Shown here one piece after another: positions 55,636 through 64,000 of a stretch of DNA of 64,000 bases. The translations under genes and the position numbers were made by a program. The DNA is taken from NCBI GenBank assembly GCA_049520275.1, contig JBEKPY010000032.1, forward strand, positions 26,277-90,276, written 5' to 3'. Origin of the DNA: Bryobacteraceae bacterium (GTDB lineage Bacteria; Acidobacteriota; Terriglobia; Bryobacterales; Bryobacteraceae). The notes under the pieces are model-generated. The model did no database searches, was not told the origin of the DNA, and was given only the letters and a program-made list of their open reading frames with translations. Each line of letters starts with the position of its first letter. Within the stretch, counting starts at the first letter, position 1.

Positions 55636-56811
55636 TTGCCTGATCGCGTATACATCTTCGACACCACCCTGCGGGACGGCGAACAGTCGCCCGGTTGCAG
55701 CATGACCGTACCCGAGAAGCTGCGGATGGCGGCAAAACTGGTGGAGCTGGGCGTCGATATCCTCGAAGCCGGCTTTCCCATTGCGTCGCAGGGCGATTTC
55801 GAGGCTGTGGATGCCATCAGCCGCGAGTTCCCCTGGGTACAGGTGGCGGCGCTGGCGCGGGCGAACAAGCTCGACGTCGAACGCGCCGCCGCCTCGCTCC
55901 GTCACGCCCAGAGGCCGCGCATTCACACTTTCATCGCCACCAGCGACATCCATCTGAAATACAAGTTGCGCAAGACGCGCGAGCAGGTGCTCGCCGAAGC
56001 CGTCGCGGCGGTGGAGCTGGCGCGCCAGTACACCGATGACGTGGAGTTCTCGGCCGAAGACGCCACCCGAACCGACTACGACTACCTGGAGCAGGTGTCG
56101 CGCGCAGTGGTGGCGGCCGGCGCTCGAACCGTGAACCTGCCCGACACCACCGGCTATTCGGTGCCCGACGAATATGGCGAGCTCATTGGCCGGATGGCAC
56201 GCGCGCTGGGCGACAGCGCCATCGTGAGCGTGCACTGCCACGACGATCTCGGCCTGGCGGTGGCCAATTCCATTGCCGCCGTGCAGGCGGGCGCGCGCCA
56301 GATCGAGTGCACCATCAACGGCATCGGCGAGCGGGCCGGCAACGCGTCGCTGGAAGAAATCGTGATGGCGTTCAAGACACGGCCGGACCGGTTGCCCTTC
56401 GAGACCGCCATCGTCACCGAGTTCCTTTTCCCGGTGAGCTGCGTGCTCACCGACACAATTACGTTCGGGCCGCAGCCGAACAAGGCCATTGTGGGAGAGA
56501 ACGCGTTCGCGCACGAGGCGGGCATTCATCAGGACGGCTACCTGAAGGAGAAATCCACCTACGAGATCATTGACCCGAAGACGGTGGGCGTGCCCGAGAG
56601 CCGCCTGGTGCTGGGGAAGCACAGCGGGCGCCACGCGCTGAACCAGCGCGCGAAGGATCTCGGGTTCGATCTCACCGGCAGCGAGCTGGACGCCTTTTAC
56701 CACCGCTTCACCACCCTTGCCGACTGCAAGAAGGGCTTGCGCAACGACGAGATCTCGCACCTGCTGCGCGAGGTGTGCGGCATGGCGTCTCAGGCCGCCG
56801 CCAGCGATTAA
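55636..56811 (+). CDS. leuA: 2-isopropylmalate synthase-family enzyme (short form without LeuA C-terminal regulatory domain; could be a citramalate/homocitrate-synthase-like variant)
   Basis: LRDGEQ, HxH (VHCHDDLG) and DRE-TIM barrel motifs; 391 aa; heads the leuB-leuC-leuD run. Confidence 0.7.
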   Translation: MPDRVYIFDTTLRDGEQSPGCSMTVPEKLRMAAKLVELGVDILEAGFPIASQGDFEAVDAISREFPWVQVAALARANKLDVERAAASLRHAQRPRIHTFIATSDIHLKYKLRKTREQVLAEAVAAVELARQYTDDVEFSAEDATRTDYDYLEQVSRAVVAAGARTVNLPDTTGYSVPDEYGELIGRMARALGDSAIVSVHCHDDLGLAVANSIAAVQAGARQIECTINGIGERAGNASLEEIVMAFKTRPDRLPFETAIVTEFLFPVSCVLTDTITFGPQPNKAIVGENAFAHEAGIHQDGYLKEKSTYEIIDPKTVGVPESRLVLGKHSGRHALNQRAKDLGFDLTGSELDAFYHRFTTLADCKKGLRNDEISHLLREVCGMASQAAASD

Positions 56812-56948
56812 ATTGTGGGGCAGGCCCGTGGCCTGCGCGGGGCTCTCAGCCCCGCCTCTGCCACGAACCGAACAACCCAGTGGACGGCCTGAGAGGCCGC
56901 CGCAGGCTGAGAGCCTGCCCCACAGGGCCGGAGTTACATACTAGTCTC
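56812..56948. repeat. Cluster of GC-rich hairpins (REP-like) in the leuA-leuB spacer
   Basis: Outer inverted repeat TGTGGGGCAGGC (56815) / GCCTGCCCCACA (56905) enclosing hairpins GGGGCTCTCAGCCCC, GGCCTGAGAGGCC, GCAGGCTGAGAGCCTGC. Confidence 0.5.
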
Positions 56949-58031
56949 ATGAACCTTAACGTCCTCATACTGCCGGGCGACGGCATCGGTGTCGAAGTCA
57001 CCCACGAAGCGGTGAAAGTACTGCGGCGCGTTGCCGCGAAGTACAACCACACGCTGGAGCTGAGCGAAGGGTTGCTCGGAGGCGTCGCCATTCATCGTTG
57101 CGGCACGCCGCTGCCGCAGGAAACCGTCGATCTGGCGCAGAAGGCCGACGCCACGCTGATGGGCGCCGTCGGACTGCCCGAGTTCGACAACGCGCCGCCC
57201 GACCAGCGGCCCGAGCGCGGCCTGCTGGGCTTGCGCAAAGTGCTCGGCGTGTTCGCCAATCTGCGCCCGGTGCGCACCTACCCCTCGCTGCTCGATTCTT
57301 CGCCGCTGAAGAACGATCGCATCGCCGGCACGGACATGATCATCGTGCGCGAGCTGACCGGCGGAATCTACTACGGTACGCCACGCGGCATCTTCGGGGA
57401 AGGCGCTGAGGAGCGCGCCGTGAACACCATGTCCTACACGCGTCCGGAAATCGAGCGCGTCGCCCGAGTCGCCATGTCTTTGGCCCGCAACCGGCGCAGG
57501 AAGGTCACCAGCGTGGATAAATCGAACGTGCTTGAGAACTCGCAGCTCTGGCGAAAGGTGGTCGTCGAAATCGCCGCCGAGTACCCCGATATCGAGCTCG
57601 ATCACCTGCTGGTGGATAACTGCGCCATGCAACTGGTGCTGAACCCGCGCCGTTTCGACGTGCTGCTCACCGAGAATCTCTTCGGAGATATCCTTAGTGA
57701 TGAAGGGGCTGTGCTGGCTGGCTCCATCGGCATGCTACCATCAGCCTCGCTGGGGGACAAGCGCGCGTCCGGCGCGTGGACCGGTCTCTACGAACCGGTG
57801 CACGGATCGGCGCCCGATCTGGCAGGACGAAACGAAGCCAATCCGCTCGCCGCCATCGGCTCGGTCGCGGCCATGCTTGAGTACAGCTTTGGCCTTAAGA
57901 ATGAGTCGGCTTCGGTCAACCGGGCTATTGAAGCGGTCATTGAATCGGGCCGCGTAACCGGCGATCTGAAACCCGCTGGCAAGCCGGCTACTACATCTGA
58001 AGTAGGAGACGCTGTCGCGTTTCTCGTGTGA
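56949..58031 (+). CDS. leuB: 3-isopropylmalate dehydrogenase
   Basis: Start [17 protein letters not shown] (ATG 56949; the track ORF starts further upstream at 56775); typical isocitrate/isopropylmalate DH motifs ([12 protein letters not shown]). Confidence 0.9.
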   Translation: MNLNVLILPGDGIGVEVTHEAVKVLRRVAAKYNHTLELSEGLLGGVAIHRCGTPLPQETVDLAQKADATLMGAVGLPEFDNAPPDQRPERGLLGLRKVLGVFANLRPVRTYPSLLDSSPLKNDRIAGTDMIIVRELTGGIYYGTPRGIFGEGAEERAVNTMSYTRPEIERVARVAMSLARNRRRKVTSVDKSNVLENSQLWRKVVVEIAAEYPDIELDHLLVDNCAMQLVLNPRRFDVLLTENLFGDILSDEGAVLAGSIGMLPSASLGDKRASGAWTGLYEPVHGSAPDLAGRNEANPLAAIGSVAAMLEYSFGLKNESASVNRAIEAVIESGRVTGDLKPAGKPATTSEVGDAVAFLV

Positions 58032-59461
58032 ACATCATGCAACCTCGCACCATCGTTGAAAAAATCTGGGACAGCCACGTGGTCGCCGAAAACCCCGGCG
58101 CGCCGCCCCTTATCTACATCGACCTGCACCTGGTCCACGAAGTCACCTCGCCGCAGGCCTTCTCCGGCCTGCGCGAGCGCGGTCTGAAAGTGCGCCGGCC
58201 GGACCGCACCTTCGGCACGGTGGATCACAGCATTCCCACCACGCCGCGCGGGCTGCCCATCGTCGATCCGATCGCCGCTGCGCAGGTGAATCAATTCGAA
58301 ACCAACTGCCGAGATTTCGGCATCCCCTTCTTCGGGCTGCATAGCGAGCACCAGGGCATCGTGCACGTGATCGGCCCCGAGCAGGGCCTCACCCAGCCGG
58401 GCATGACGCTGGTCTGCGGCGACAGTCACACCGCCACGCACGGGGCGTTCGGCGCGCTGGCCTTCGGCATCGGCACCAGCCAGGTGGAGCACGTGCTGGC
58501 CTCCCAGTGCCTGCTGCAGCAGAAGTCGAAGACCTTCCAGGTGCAGGTGGACGGCACGCTTCACTCCGGCGTCGGCGCCAAGGATATCATCCTCGCGCTC
58601 ATTACGAAGATCGGCATCGGCGGCGGCACCGGCTGCGTGATCGAGTACACCGGCCCGGCCATTCGCGCGTTGTCCATGGAAGAGCGCATGACCGTGTGCA
58701 ACATGTCCATCGAGGGCGGCGCGCGGGCCGGTCTTATCGCCCCGGACGACACCACGTACAACTTCCTTCACGGCCGGCCGTTCGCCCCGAAGGGCGCAGC
58801 ATGGGAGGCTGCGTTGAAGCTCTGGAAACAGCTCCCCACCGACGACGGCGCCGTCTATGATCGCTCGGTGACCATCGACGCCTCCGCGCTCGAGCCGATG
58901 GTCACGTTCGGCACTAACCCGGGCATGGGCATGCCGATTTCGGGCTCGGTTCCCGATCCGGCGACGGTCGCCGATCCGCTGGAGCGCGAATCTCTCGCCA
59001 AAGCCCTGCGCTATATGGACCTCGAACCCGGTACGCCCATTGAGGGTCACGCCGTCAACGTGGTGTTCATCGGAAGCTGCACCAACTCGCGCATTTCCGA
59101 CCTGCGCAGCGCGGCCACCGTGCTGAAAGGCCGCAAGGTGGCGCCGGGCGTCCGCACCCTGGTGGTGCCCGGCTCGATGGAGATCAAACGCCAGGCCGAG
59201 GCCGAAGGGCTCGATCGGGTTTTCCGCGAGGCCGGCGCCGAGTGGAGGGAAGCGGGCTGCTCCATGTGCATCGCCATGAACGGCGATCAACTCCAGCCCG
59301 GCGAATACAGCGTCTCCACCAGCAACCGCAATTTTGAAGGCCGTCAGGGCAAGGGGGGCCGTACGTTTCTGGCCAGCCCGCTGACCGCCGCCGCCAGCGC
59401 CGTTGTCGGCGCGGTAACCGACGTAAGGAAACTGCTCAATGGAAAAATTCACGCCGTTTGA
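58028..59461 (+). CDS. leuC: 3-isopropylmalate dehydratase large subunit
   Basis: Aconitase-family motifs ([23 protein letters not shown]; Fe-S cysteines [15 protein letters not shown]). Confidence 0.9.
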   Translation: MNIMQPRTIVEKIWDSHVVAENPGAPPLIYIDLHLVHEVTSPQAFSGLRERGLKVRRPDRTFGTVDHSIPTTPRGLPIVDPIAAAQVNQFETNCRDFGIPFFGLHSEHQGIVHVIGPEQGLTQPGMTLVCGDSHTATHGAFGALAFGIGTSQVEHVLASQCLLQQKSKTFQVQVDGTLHSGVGAKDIILALITKIGIGGGTGCVIEYTGPAIRALSMEERMTVCNMSIEGGARAGLIAPDDTTYNFLHGRPFAPKGAAWEAALKLWKQLPTDDGAVYDRSVTIDASALEPMVTFGTNPGMGMPISGSVPDPATVADPLERESLAKALRYMDLEPGTPIEGHAVNVVFIGSCTNSRISDLRSAATVLKGRKVAPGVRTLVVPGSMEIKRQAEAEGLDRVFREAGAEWREAGCSMCIAMNGDQLQPGEYSVSTSNRNFEGRQGKGGRTFLASPLTAAASAVVGAVTDVRKLLNGKIHAV

Positions 59462-60014
59462 AAGCCAGTTCGTGACGCTGCCGGTGGACAACATCGACAC
59501 CGATCAGATCATCCCGGCGCGGTTTCTGAAGACTATCTCGAAGGCCGGGCTCGGCGACCAGCTTTTCTACGACTGGCGCTACGACTCGACGGGCGCGCCC
59601 CGGCCCGACTTCGTGCTGAACAAGCCGGAGTCGAAGGAGCGCCGCATCCTGCTGGGCGGCGACAACTTCGGCTGCGGCAGCTCGCGCGAGCACGCGCCGT
59701 GGGCGCTGACCCAGTACGGCTTCCGCGCCGTGATCAGCACGTCGTTCGCGGACATCTTCCGCCAGAACGCGCTGAAGAATTCGCTGGTGCCGGTGGTGGT
59801 GCCGCGGGACGTGCATGCCTGGCTGTTCGCGAATCCCGAGGCCACGCTGGCGTTGGATCTTGCCGGCCAGGCGCTGATCCTGCCCGGCGGCCGCCGCGTC
59901 GAGTTTCCCGTGGAGGCCTTCGCGAAGCACTGCCTGCTGGATGGCGTGGACGAGCTCGGCTACATCCTGCAACACGAAAGCGCCATCGCCGCCCACGAAA
60001 TTAGGCGAAATTAG
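59439..60014 (+). CDS. leuD: 3-isopropylmalate dehydratase small subunit
   Basis: [30 protein letters not shown]; the last six codons (HEIRRN) and the stop lie inside a tandem CGAAATTAGG repeat abutting the RAYT element. Confidence 0.9.
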   Translation: MEKFTPFESQFVTLPVDNIDTDQIIPARFLKTISKAGLGDQLFYDWRYDSTGAPRPDFVLNKPESKERRILLGGDNFGCGSSREHAPWALTQYGFRAVISTSFADIFRQNALKNSLVPVVVPRDVHAWLFANPEATLALDLAGQALILPGGRRVEFPVEAFAKHCLLDGVDELGYILQHESAIAAHEIRRN

Positions 60015-60023
60015 GTGACGAAA

Positions 60024-60752
60024 TTAGGTGACGTACACCTCATTTCCGAATTTCGGTTTGCGCCCTCGCTTCTGCGGTCGAACCGGCCGCCCGAGACATA
60101 CCTCCATCCGTTCCAGAAACTCGACGTCCCCAATGGGCCGGCCCGTCTCGTTCGCCTGCCGGAATCGCTCAACGAACCCGGCATCACGCACGCCGAGTTC
60201 CAGGACTTCGGCCCAGCTCCGCCTTGTGTAGTTGTCTCTCCAGCGCGCCATATCGAGCGTAACCGGCGTGTTGCGTCCCTCAACATGCGTCGCAGCGCTG
60301 GACCACGGCCAGGCGAGCGCACAACTCACCATACCCGCCCGAACCGGGTTCTGCTCCACATAACACAGCGCGTTCCACAAATGCCGATTGTCGAGTGGGC
60401 ACGACCGGTAACGCCCCTGCCAAAGCTGCCCGGTCTGTCCCCGTTGTACGTGAAGCCATCGTGAGCACCCATGATTGGTGAGGCGGAATGTCCACGCCAT
60501 CGAGGCGAGGCCGTCTGGCTCGCACACAACGTGGTAGTGGTTGCCCATGAGGCAGTAACCCAGGATTCTCAACCCGTACTGCTGGCTGTACTTCTCCAGA
60601 AGCTGCAGAAAGATGCGGCGATCCAGGTCGGAGAAAAATACGTCCTCGCAATGGTTTCCGCGCTGCACAACATGGACGGGCACGCCGGGAACCACAAGCC
60701 GGGAGATATGGGGCATAACCTCGATGTGCCCTCGCGCGGGCTTCCCTCTCAC
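60024..60752 (-). CDS. REP-associated tyrosine transposase (RAYT) / IS200-family Y1 HuH transposase
   Basis: 242 aa; HuH motif GNHYHVV, downstream QGRY catalytic Tyr region, VHVVQRGN N-terminal motif; ORF 3' end reads through the left TIR. Confidence 0.75.
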   Translation of the reverse strand: MRGKPARGHIEVMPHISRLVVPGVPVHVVQRGNHCEDVFFSDLDRRIFLQLLEKYSQQYGLRILGYCLMGNHYHVVCEPDGLASMAWTFRLTNHGCSRWLHVQRGQTGQLWQGRYRSCPLDNRHLWNALCYVEQNPVRAGMVSCALAWPWSSAATHVEGRNTPVTLDMARWRDNYTRRSWAEVLELGVRDAGFVERFRQANETGRPIGDVEFLERMEVCLGRPVRPQKRGRKPKFGNEVYVT

Positions 60753-60783
60753 GTTCGTAATTCGGAAATGAGGTGTACGTCAC
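60028..60783. mobile_element. RAYT/IS200-like element: HuH Y1-transposase gene bounded by perfect 24-bp terminal inverted repeats (GTGACGTACACCTCATTTCCGAAT)
   Basis: TIR-L 60028-60051, TIR-R 60760-60783 (24/24 match); each TIR contains a small CCGAA-T-TTCGG hairpin. Left flank carries 2.8 tandem copies of CGAAATTAGGTGA (59996-60031). Confidence 0.75.
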
Positions 60784-60833
60784 TGTTTTGGACTACAATC
60801 TCTACTAGACCCAGGAGATCCCAGGGTAAGCTC

Positions 60834-61262
60834 ATGCACATCTCTGTCAAAGGCGAGTACGCCTTGCACGCGCTCTTCGACCTGGCCATGCAGCGCACTC
60901 GCGAACCGGTCAAGATCGCCGGTATCGCCAAACGCCAGAAGATCCCGCAGAAGTTCCTGGAACTCATCCTCGCCGGTCTGAAACAGGGCGGCTTCGTGGA
61001 GTCGCGCCGCGGCGCCGAGGGCGGCTACTTGCTGGCGCGCCCGGCCGACGCCATCACGGTAGGAGAAGTGCTGAGGTTCATCGAGGGCAGCCGGAGTAAC
61101 AACTCGCCGAAACAAGGCCCCAACGACGACGATCCCTTCGCCGACATGTGGCGCCGCGTCGACCACTGCATCGCCAACATCGTCGACCGCACCACGTTTT
61201 CCGAACTCTGCCGCGCCTGGCAGGAAAACCGGGCGCGCTACATCCCCAACTGGGAGATCTAA
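60834..61262 (+). CDS. Rrf2-family transcriptional regulator (CymR/IscR-like), upstream of cysK
   Basis: Start [20 protein letters not shown] (Rrf2 HTH), 143 aa; stop overlaps the cysK ATG (TAATG). Confidence 0.8.
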   Translation: MHISVKGEYALHALFDLAMQRTREPVKIAGIAKRQKIPQKFLELILAGLKQGGFVESRRGAEGGYLLARPADAITVGEVLRFIEGSRSNNSPKQGPNDDDPFADMWRRVDHCIANIVDRTTFSELCRAWQENRARYIPNWEI

Positions 61263-62218
61263 TGTTCTTCGAAGATAATTCACTCAGTATCGGCAGGACC
61301 CCGCTGGTGCGGCTCAACCGCGTCATCGATGGCGCGCCCGTCACCATGCTGGTCAAGATTGAAGGCCGTGGACCGGCCTACTCGGTAAAGGACCGGATCG
61401 GCGCGGCCATGATCTGGGACGCCGAAAAGCGCGGCGTCCTCGGGCCCGGAAAGGAACTAATCGAGCCCACCAGCGGCAACACCGGGATCGCCCTCGCGTT
61501 CGTGGCGGCGGCCCGCGGCTATCCCATCACGCTGACCATGCCGGAAACCATGTCGCTGGAGCGGCGCAAGGTGCTGAAGGCTCTCGGAGCGAATCTAATC
61601 CTGACCGAAGGGGCGCTGGGCATGAAGGGCGCCATCGGCAAAGCCGAGGAGATCCTCGCCTCCGATCCCGATCGCTACGTGCTGCTGCAGCAGTTCAAGA
61701 ACCCGGCCAACCCGGAGATTCACTTCCGCACCACGGGCCCGGAAATCTGGGACGACACCGACGGTCAAATCGACGTGCTGGTCTCCGGAGTGGGCACCGG
61801 CGGAACCATCACCGGCGTATCGCGCTACATCAAGAACGAGAGGGGGAAGCCGATCCTTTCGGTGGCGGTGGAACCCTCCAACAGCCCGGTAATCACTCAG
61901 GCGAAGAAGGGCGAGCCGCTGAAGCCGGGCCCGCACAAGATTCAGGGTCTCGGCGCGGGGTTCATTCCGGACACGCTGGATCTGGCCATGGTGGATCGCG
62001 TGGTGCAGGTGACCAACGAAGAGTCCATCGAGATGGCCCGGCGGTTGTCGCGCGAGGAAGGGATCCTGTCCGGCATCTCCTGCGGCGCGGCGGTGGCCGG
62101 CGCGGTGAAAGTGGCCCAGGAGCCCGAGTCGAAAGGAAAGCTGATGGTGGTGGTGCTGCCCGATTCCGGCGAACGGTATCTCTCGAGCGTGCTGTTCGAG
62201 GGGCTTTTCAGCGAGTAA
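61262..62218 (+). CDS. cysK: Cysteine synthase A (O-acetylserine sulfhydrylase)
   Basis: [21 protein letters not shown] lysine [27 protein letters not shown]. Confidence 0.9.
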   Translation: MFFEDNSLSIGRTPLVRLNRVIDGAPVTMLVKIEGRGPAYSVKDRIGAAMIWDAEKRGVLGPGKELIEPTSGNTGIALAFVAAARGYPITLTMPETMSLERRKVLKALGANLILTEGALGMKGAIGKAEEILASDPDRYVLLQQFKNPANPEIHFRTTGPEIWDDTDGQIDVLVSGVGTGGTITGVSRYIKNERGKPILSVAVEPSNSPVITQAKKGEPLKPGPHKIQGLGAGFIPDTLDLAMVDRVVQVTNEESIEMARRLSREEGILSGISCGAAVAGAVKVAQEPESKGKLMVVVLPDSGERYLSSVLFEGLFSE

Positions 62219-62618
62219 GGGCGCCCGGCCGCGCGGCGATATCCGGGAAGGCCTTCAGCAACGCTTTGTCGAACGTGGCCAGCGGACACCGCTCTTGCAC
62301 CGCCAGCTCGACGAAGAAGGTGTCGTAGACGGCAACGCCGGATGTCAGAGAGCGAAGCAGAGCGCCGTGGCAGAGCGAGCGCGTGGGAACGGACTCAATG
62401 CCAAGCTGGGCCGCCAGGCGCAGTCGAGTGGGCCCATCCTCGGGTGTCAGGACGCCGGTGCGAATGGCCATCCAAACCACGTTGACGAGTTCGGCTTCCC
62501 AGATCGCCGGAGCCATGCCGTTGCTGACGGTCGCCATGAACCGGCCGGCCTCGCCGGCAAAGCGTTCGGTTCCGAGGAGAAAGTACGCTGCGACGTTGGT
62601 GTCGATAACGGCCCTCAC
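62208..62618 (-). CDS. vapC: PIN-domain toxin VapC
   Basis: 136 aa; MRAVIDTNV... acidic PIN residues (D6, E, D...); overlaps vapB stop by 4 nt. Confidence 0.75.
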   Translation of the reverse strand: MRAVIDTNVAAYFLLGTERFAGEAGRFMATVSNGMAPAIWEAELVNVVWMAIRTGVLTPEDGPTRLRLAAQLGIESVPTRSLCHGALLRSLTSGVAVYDTFFVELAVQERCPLATFDKALLKAFPDIAARPGALTR

Positions 62619-62842
62619 CCGCGGCCTGTTCCGATCCAGGCGTCGATCTCGCCGGCGGTCGGGCGGCGTGCCTGCTTCGCCCAGCCTGCTTCGATCTGTT
62701 CGACAACCGATCGCCGCTCGGCGACATGTTCTTCGAGGAGTTCCCGCACTTCCTGTTCCATCGAACGGTGGCGGCGGCGAGCCAGGGACTTCAGGGACTT
62801 CACGATTCGCGCGGGAACGTTGCGGATCGTCAGGGTAGACAT
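62615..62842 (-). CDS. vapB: VapB/FitA-type (ribbon-helix-helix) antitoxin
   Basis: Start MSTLTIRNVPARIVKSLKSLARRRHRSMEQEVRELL (ATG 62842), classical plasmid-stability-protein-type antitoxin N-terminus. Confidence 0.7.
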   Translation of the reverse strand: MSTLTIRNVPARIVKSLKSLARRRHRSMEQEVRELLEEHVAERRSVVEQIEAGWAKQARRPTAGEIDAWIGTGRG

Positions 62843-62854
62843 AATGCGCTCTAG

Positions 62855-62873
62855 TGCTAGCATCATGCTAGCA
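62855..62873. promoter_or_regulatory. Two copies of the palindromic octamer TGCTAGCA spaced by 3 nt, 13-31 nt upstream of the vapB start codon
   Basis: agTGCTAGCAtcaTGCTAGCAtag, in the 34-bp gap between vapB and the divergent hydrolase gene; candidate RHH-antitoxin operator. Confidence 0.4.
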
Positions 62874-62876
62874 TAG

Positions 62877-63803
62877 ATGATTATGCGAGCAATACTTCTC
62901 TCTCTTCTATGCGCCGCCGTGGCCATCGGTGAGATCCATCACAATCCGGGCAGCACAACGCCGGTGCCCCACGAGAAGTACATCCACGTTGTCAGCGAGG
63001 CCGATTCGCCGATCCAGCAGACTTACATCAAGGCCAGGGACGGCCTGTATATCGCCGCCGCGATTCGCAAGCCGAAAGGCGACGGCCGCTACCCCGCCAT
63101 CATCATGTTTCACGGCGCACCCGGCGGACGGGGCATGGAGCAACTGGTGGGATGGTCGAGGGGCGACTTCGGCGGGCCGGTGTGGGAACGGTTCCTGCAG
63201 GAAGGATATGTCGTCGTGGTGGCCGACTATCGGGGCGGCGACTGGAATCTCATGTCCGTGCCGTCGACGAACGGAATCGTTACTTCCATCGACGACGGGC
63301 TGGCGGCGATCGACTATGTCAGGTCGCTGCCGTACGTCGATCCGGGCCGTCTCAATCTCTACGGGGTCAGCCTGGGCGGCAACCTGGTGATGCAACTGGT
63401 CTCCCGCGTGACGGTGAACTCGGCCATCGTAGGCGCGCCCGCGGCGCTGTGGTTTCTGGGCATGACCTGGCCGGCCGGCGCGCCGTCCGGGCCGGATCGC
63501 GTCAAGGGCATGAAGCCCGACCCCGAGATTTCGCGCAGGAACATCGAGCCCATCCACACCCCGATTTTGATTCTGCAGGGGACCGCGGACGGCCTGATGC
63601 CCGTAGCCATCATGCTGCACGACGCGCTCGCCGCGGCCGGCAAGTCCGTACGCATGGAGGTCTACGAGAACGGCTACCACGACTTCTGCCTCGGGCCGCA
63701 GGGCCAGAAGCGCCCCGACCTGCCGCACGGCGAGATTCTGATGGACGCGGCTCTGGACGCGCTGGAGAAGTCCGTTCTCTTCGTGAAGGGCAAGCTGCAG
63801 TAA
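62877..63803 (+). CDS. Secreted alpha/beta-hydrolase (dienelactone hydrolase / S9 peptidase-like fold)
   Basis: Signal peptide MIMRAILLSLLCAAVAIG; nucleophile elbow GVSLGG; 308 aa. Confidence 0.7.
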   Translation: MIMRAILLSLLCAAVAIGEIHHNPGSTTPVPHEKYIHVVSEADSPIQQTYIKARDGLYIAAAIRKPKGDGRYPAIIMFHGAPGGRGMEQLVGWSRGDFGGPVWERFLQEGYVVVVADYRGGDWNLMSVPSTNGIVTSIDDGLAAIDYVRSLPYVDPGRLNLYGVSLGGNLVMQLVSRVTVNSAIVGAPAALWFLGMTWPAGAPSGPDRVKGMKPDPEISRRNIEPIHTPILILQGTADGLMPVAIMLHDALAAAGKSVRMEVYENGYHDFCLGPQGQKRPDLPHGEILMDAALDALEKSVLFVKGKLQ

Positions 63804-63828
63804 CCGGACACGCGGCGCCAGCCGCATT

Positions 63829-63889
63829 ATGCAACTTTCTGGTTGCATATTCGTCCGGTCTGGCGTATCATGCAACCTGGAGGTTGCAT
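63829..63889. promoter_or_regulatory. Two 20-bp palindromes ATGCAAC-N6-GTTGCAT, 41 bp centre-to-centre, immediately upstream of the SRPBCC gene (candidate operator pair)
   Basis: ATGCAACTTTCTGGTTGCAT (63829-63848) and ATGCAACCTGGAGGTTGCAT (63870-63889); the second abuts the GTG start. Confidence 0.5.
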
Positions 63890-64000
63890 GTGGTTGCTTC
63901 CCAACTGAACCGGATCGAACGAACCACTCTTATCCGCGCCCCGCGGTCCCGCGTCTGGAGCGCGCTCACCGGCGTACGCGAATTCTGCCAGTGGTTTCGC
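63890..64000 (+). CDS. SRPBCC-superfamily (AHSA1/activator-of-Hsp90-ATPase-like) protein, 5' partial
   Basis: VVASQLNRIERTTLIRAPRSRVWSALTGVREFCQWF matches the N-terminal signature of AHSA1/polyketide-cyclase-like SRPBCC proteins; runs off the right edge. Confidence 0.55.
   Translation, partial: MVASQLNRIERTTLIRAPRSRVWSALTGVREFCQWFR

Noticed and set aside
55576-59500. Minus-strand ORFs 55576..56760 (394 aa) and 57788..59500 (570 aa)
   Set aside because: Antisense to leuA and leuB-leuC, which are highly conserved enzymes.
62907-63875. Minus-strand 322-aa ORF
   Set aside because: Antisense to the alpha/beta-hydrolase gene (clear GxSxG and signal peptide on the plus strand).
1-64000. CRISPR arrays, rRNA, tRNA
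   Set aside because: No regularly spaced short direct repeats and no tRNA- or rRNA-like conserved segments seen on reading; the only tandem repeats are the 13-mer beside the RAYT element and the hairpin cluster at 56812-56948.

Overview
High-GC (about 62-67 %) bacterial chromosomal segment; gene content suggests a soil bacterium, possibly Acidobacteriota or Myxococcota, but this is not established. From left to right the window contains: (1) positions 1-30111, minus strand, one co-directional super-operon forming a hybrid FAAL-PKS-aminotransferase-NRPS lipopeptide assembly line. It comprises sbnA and sbnB (L-2,3-diaminopropionate supply), a FAAL-ACP-KS-AT-DH(N-terminal half) protein, an LLM-DH(C-terminal half)-KR-ACP protein, a 3601-aa KS-KR-ACP-KS-ACP-AMT-C-A-T-C megasynthase, a CmlA-like diiron beta-hydroxylase, an NRPS with a half C domain then A-T-E, and a C-A-T-C NRPS that runs off the left edge. 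(2) A divergent SyrD-type cyclic-peptide ABC exporter unusually fused to a C-terminal SPFH/band-7 domain, followed by an amino-acid-type substrate-binding protein and small membrane or secreted proteins. (3) A decayed macrolide-type glycosyltransferase. (4) A phosphorus-scavenging block (YVTN beta-propeller + PLC/AcpA-like phosphoesterase; two tandem histidine acid phosphatases) whose two transcription units share a conserved ~40-nt upstream motif. (5) A MITE-like nested palindrome that doubles as a terminator; a secretin with a divergent AAA ATPase; yggX, a Gfo/Idh/MocA oxidoreductase and thrB. (6) A lower-GC mosaic island with a frameshifted TIR-domain gene, a HigA-like antitoxin and hypothetical genes, bounded by three direct copies (one intact, two decayed) of the 3' end of a LysR gene. 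(7) A LysR regulator with leuABCD; a RAYT/IS200-like Y1 transposase element with perfect 24-bp TIRs abutting the leuD stop; an Rrf2 regulator with cysK; vapBC; an alpha/beta hydrolase; and the start of an SRPBCC gene preceded by two 20-bp palindromes. No rRNA, tRNA or CRISPR array was recognised by eye. Many long ORFs in the supplied track are antisense artefacts of the high-GC coding strand. The track also omits the minus-strand NRPS that runs off the left edge; I recovered it by manual translation.
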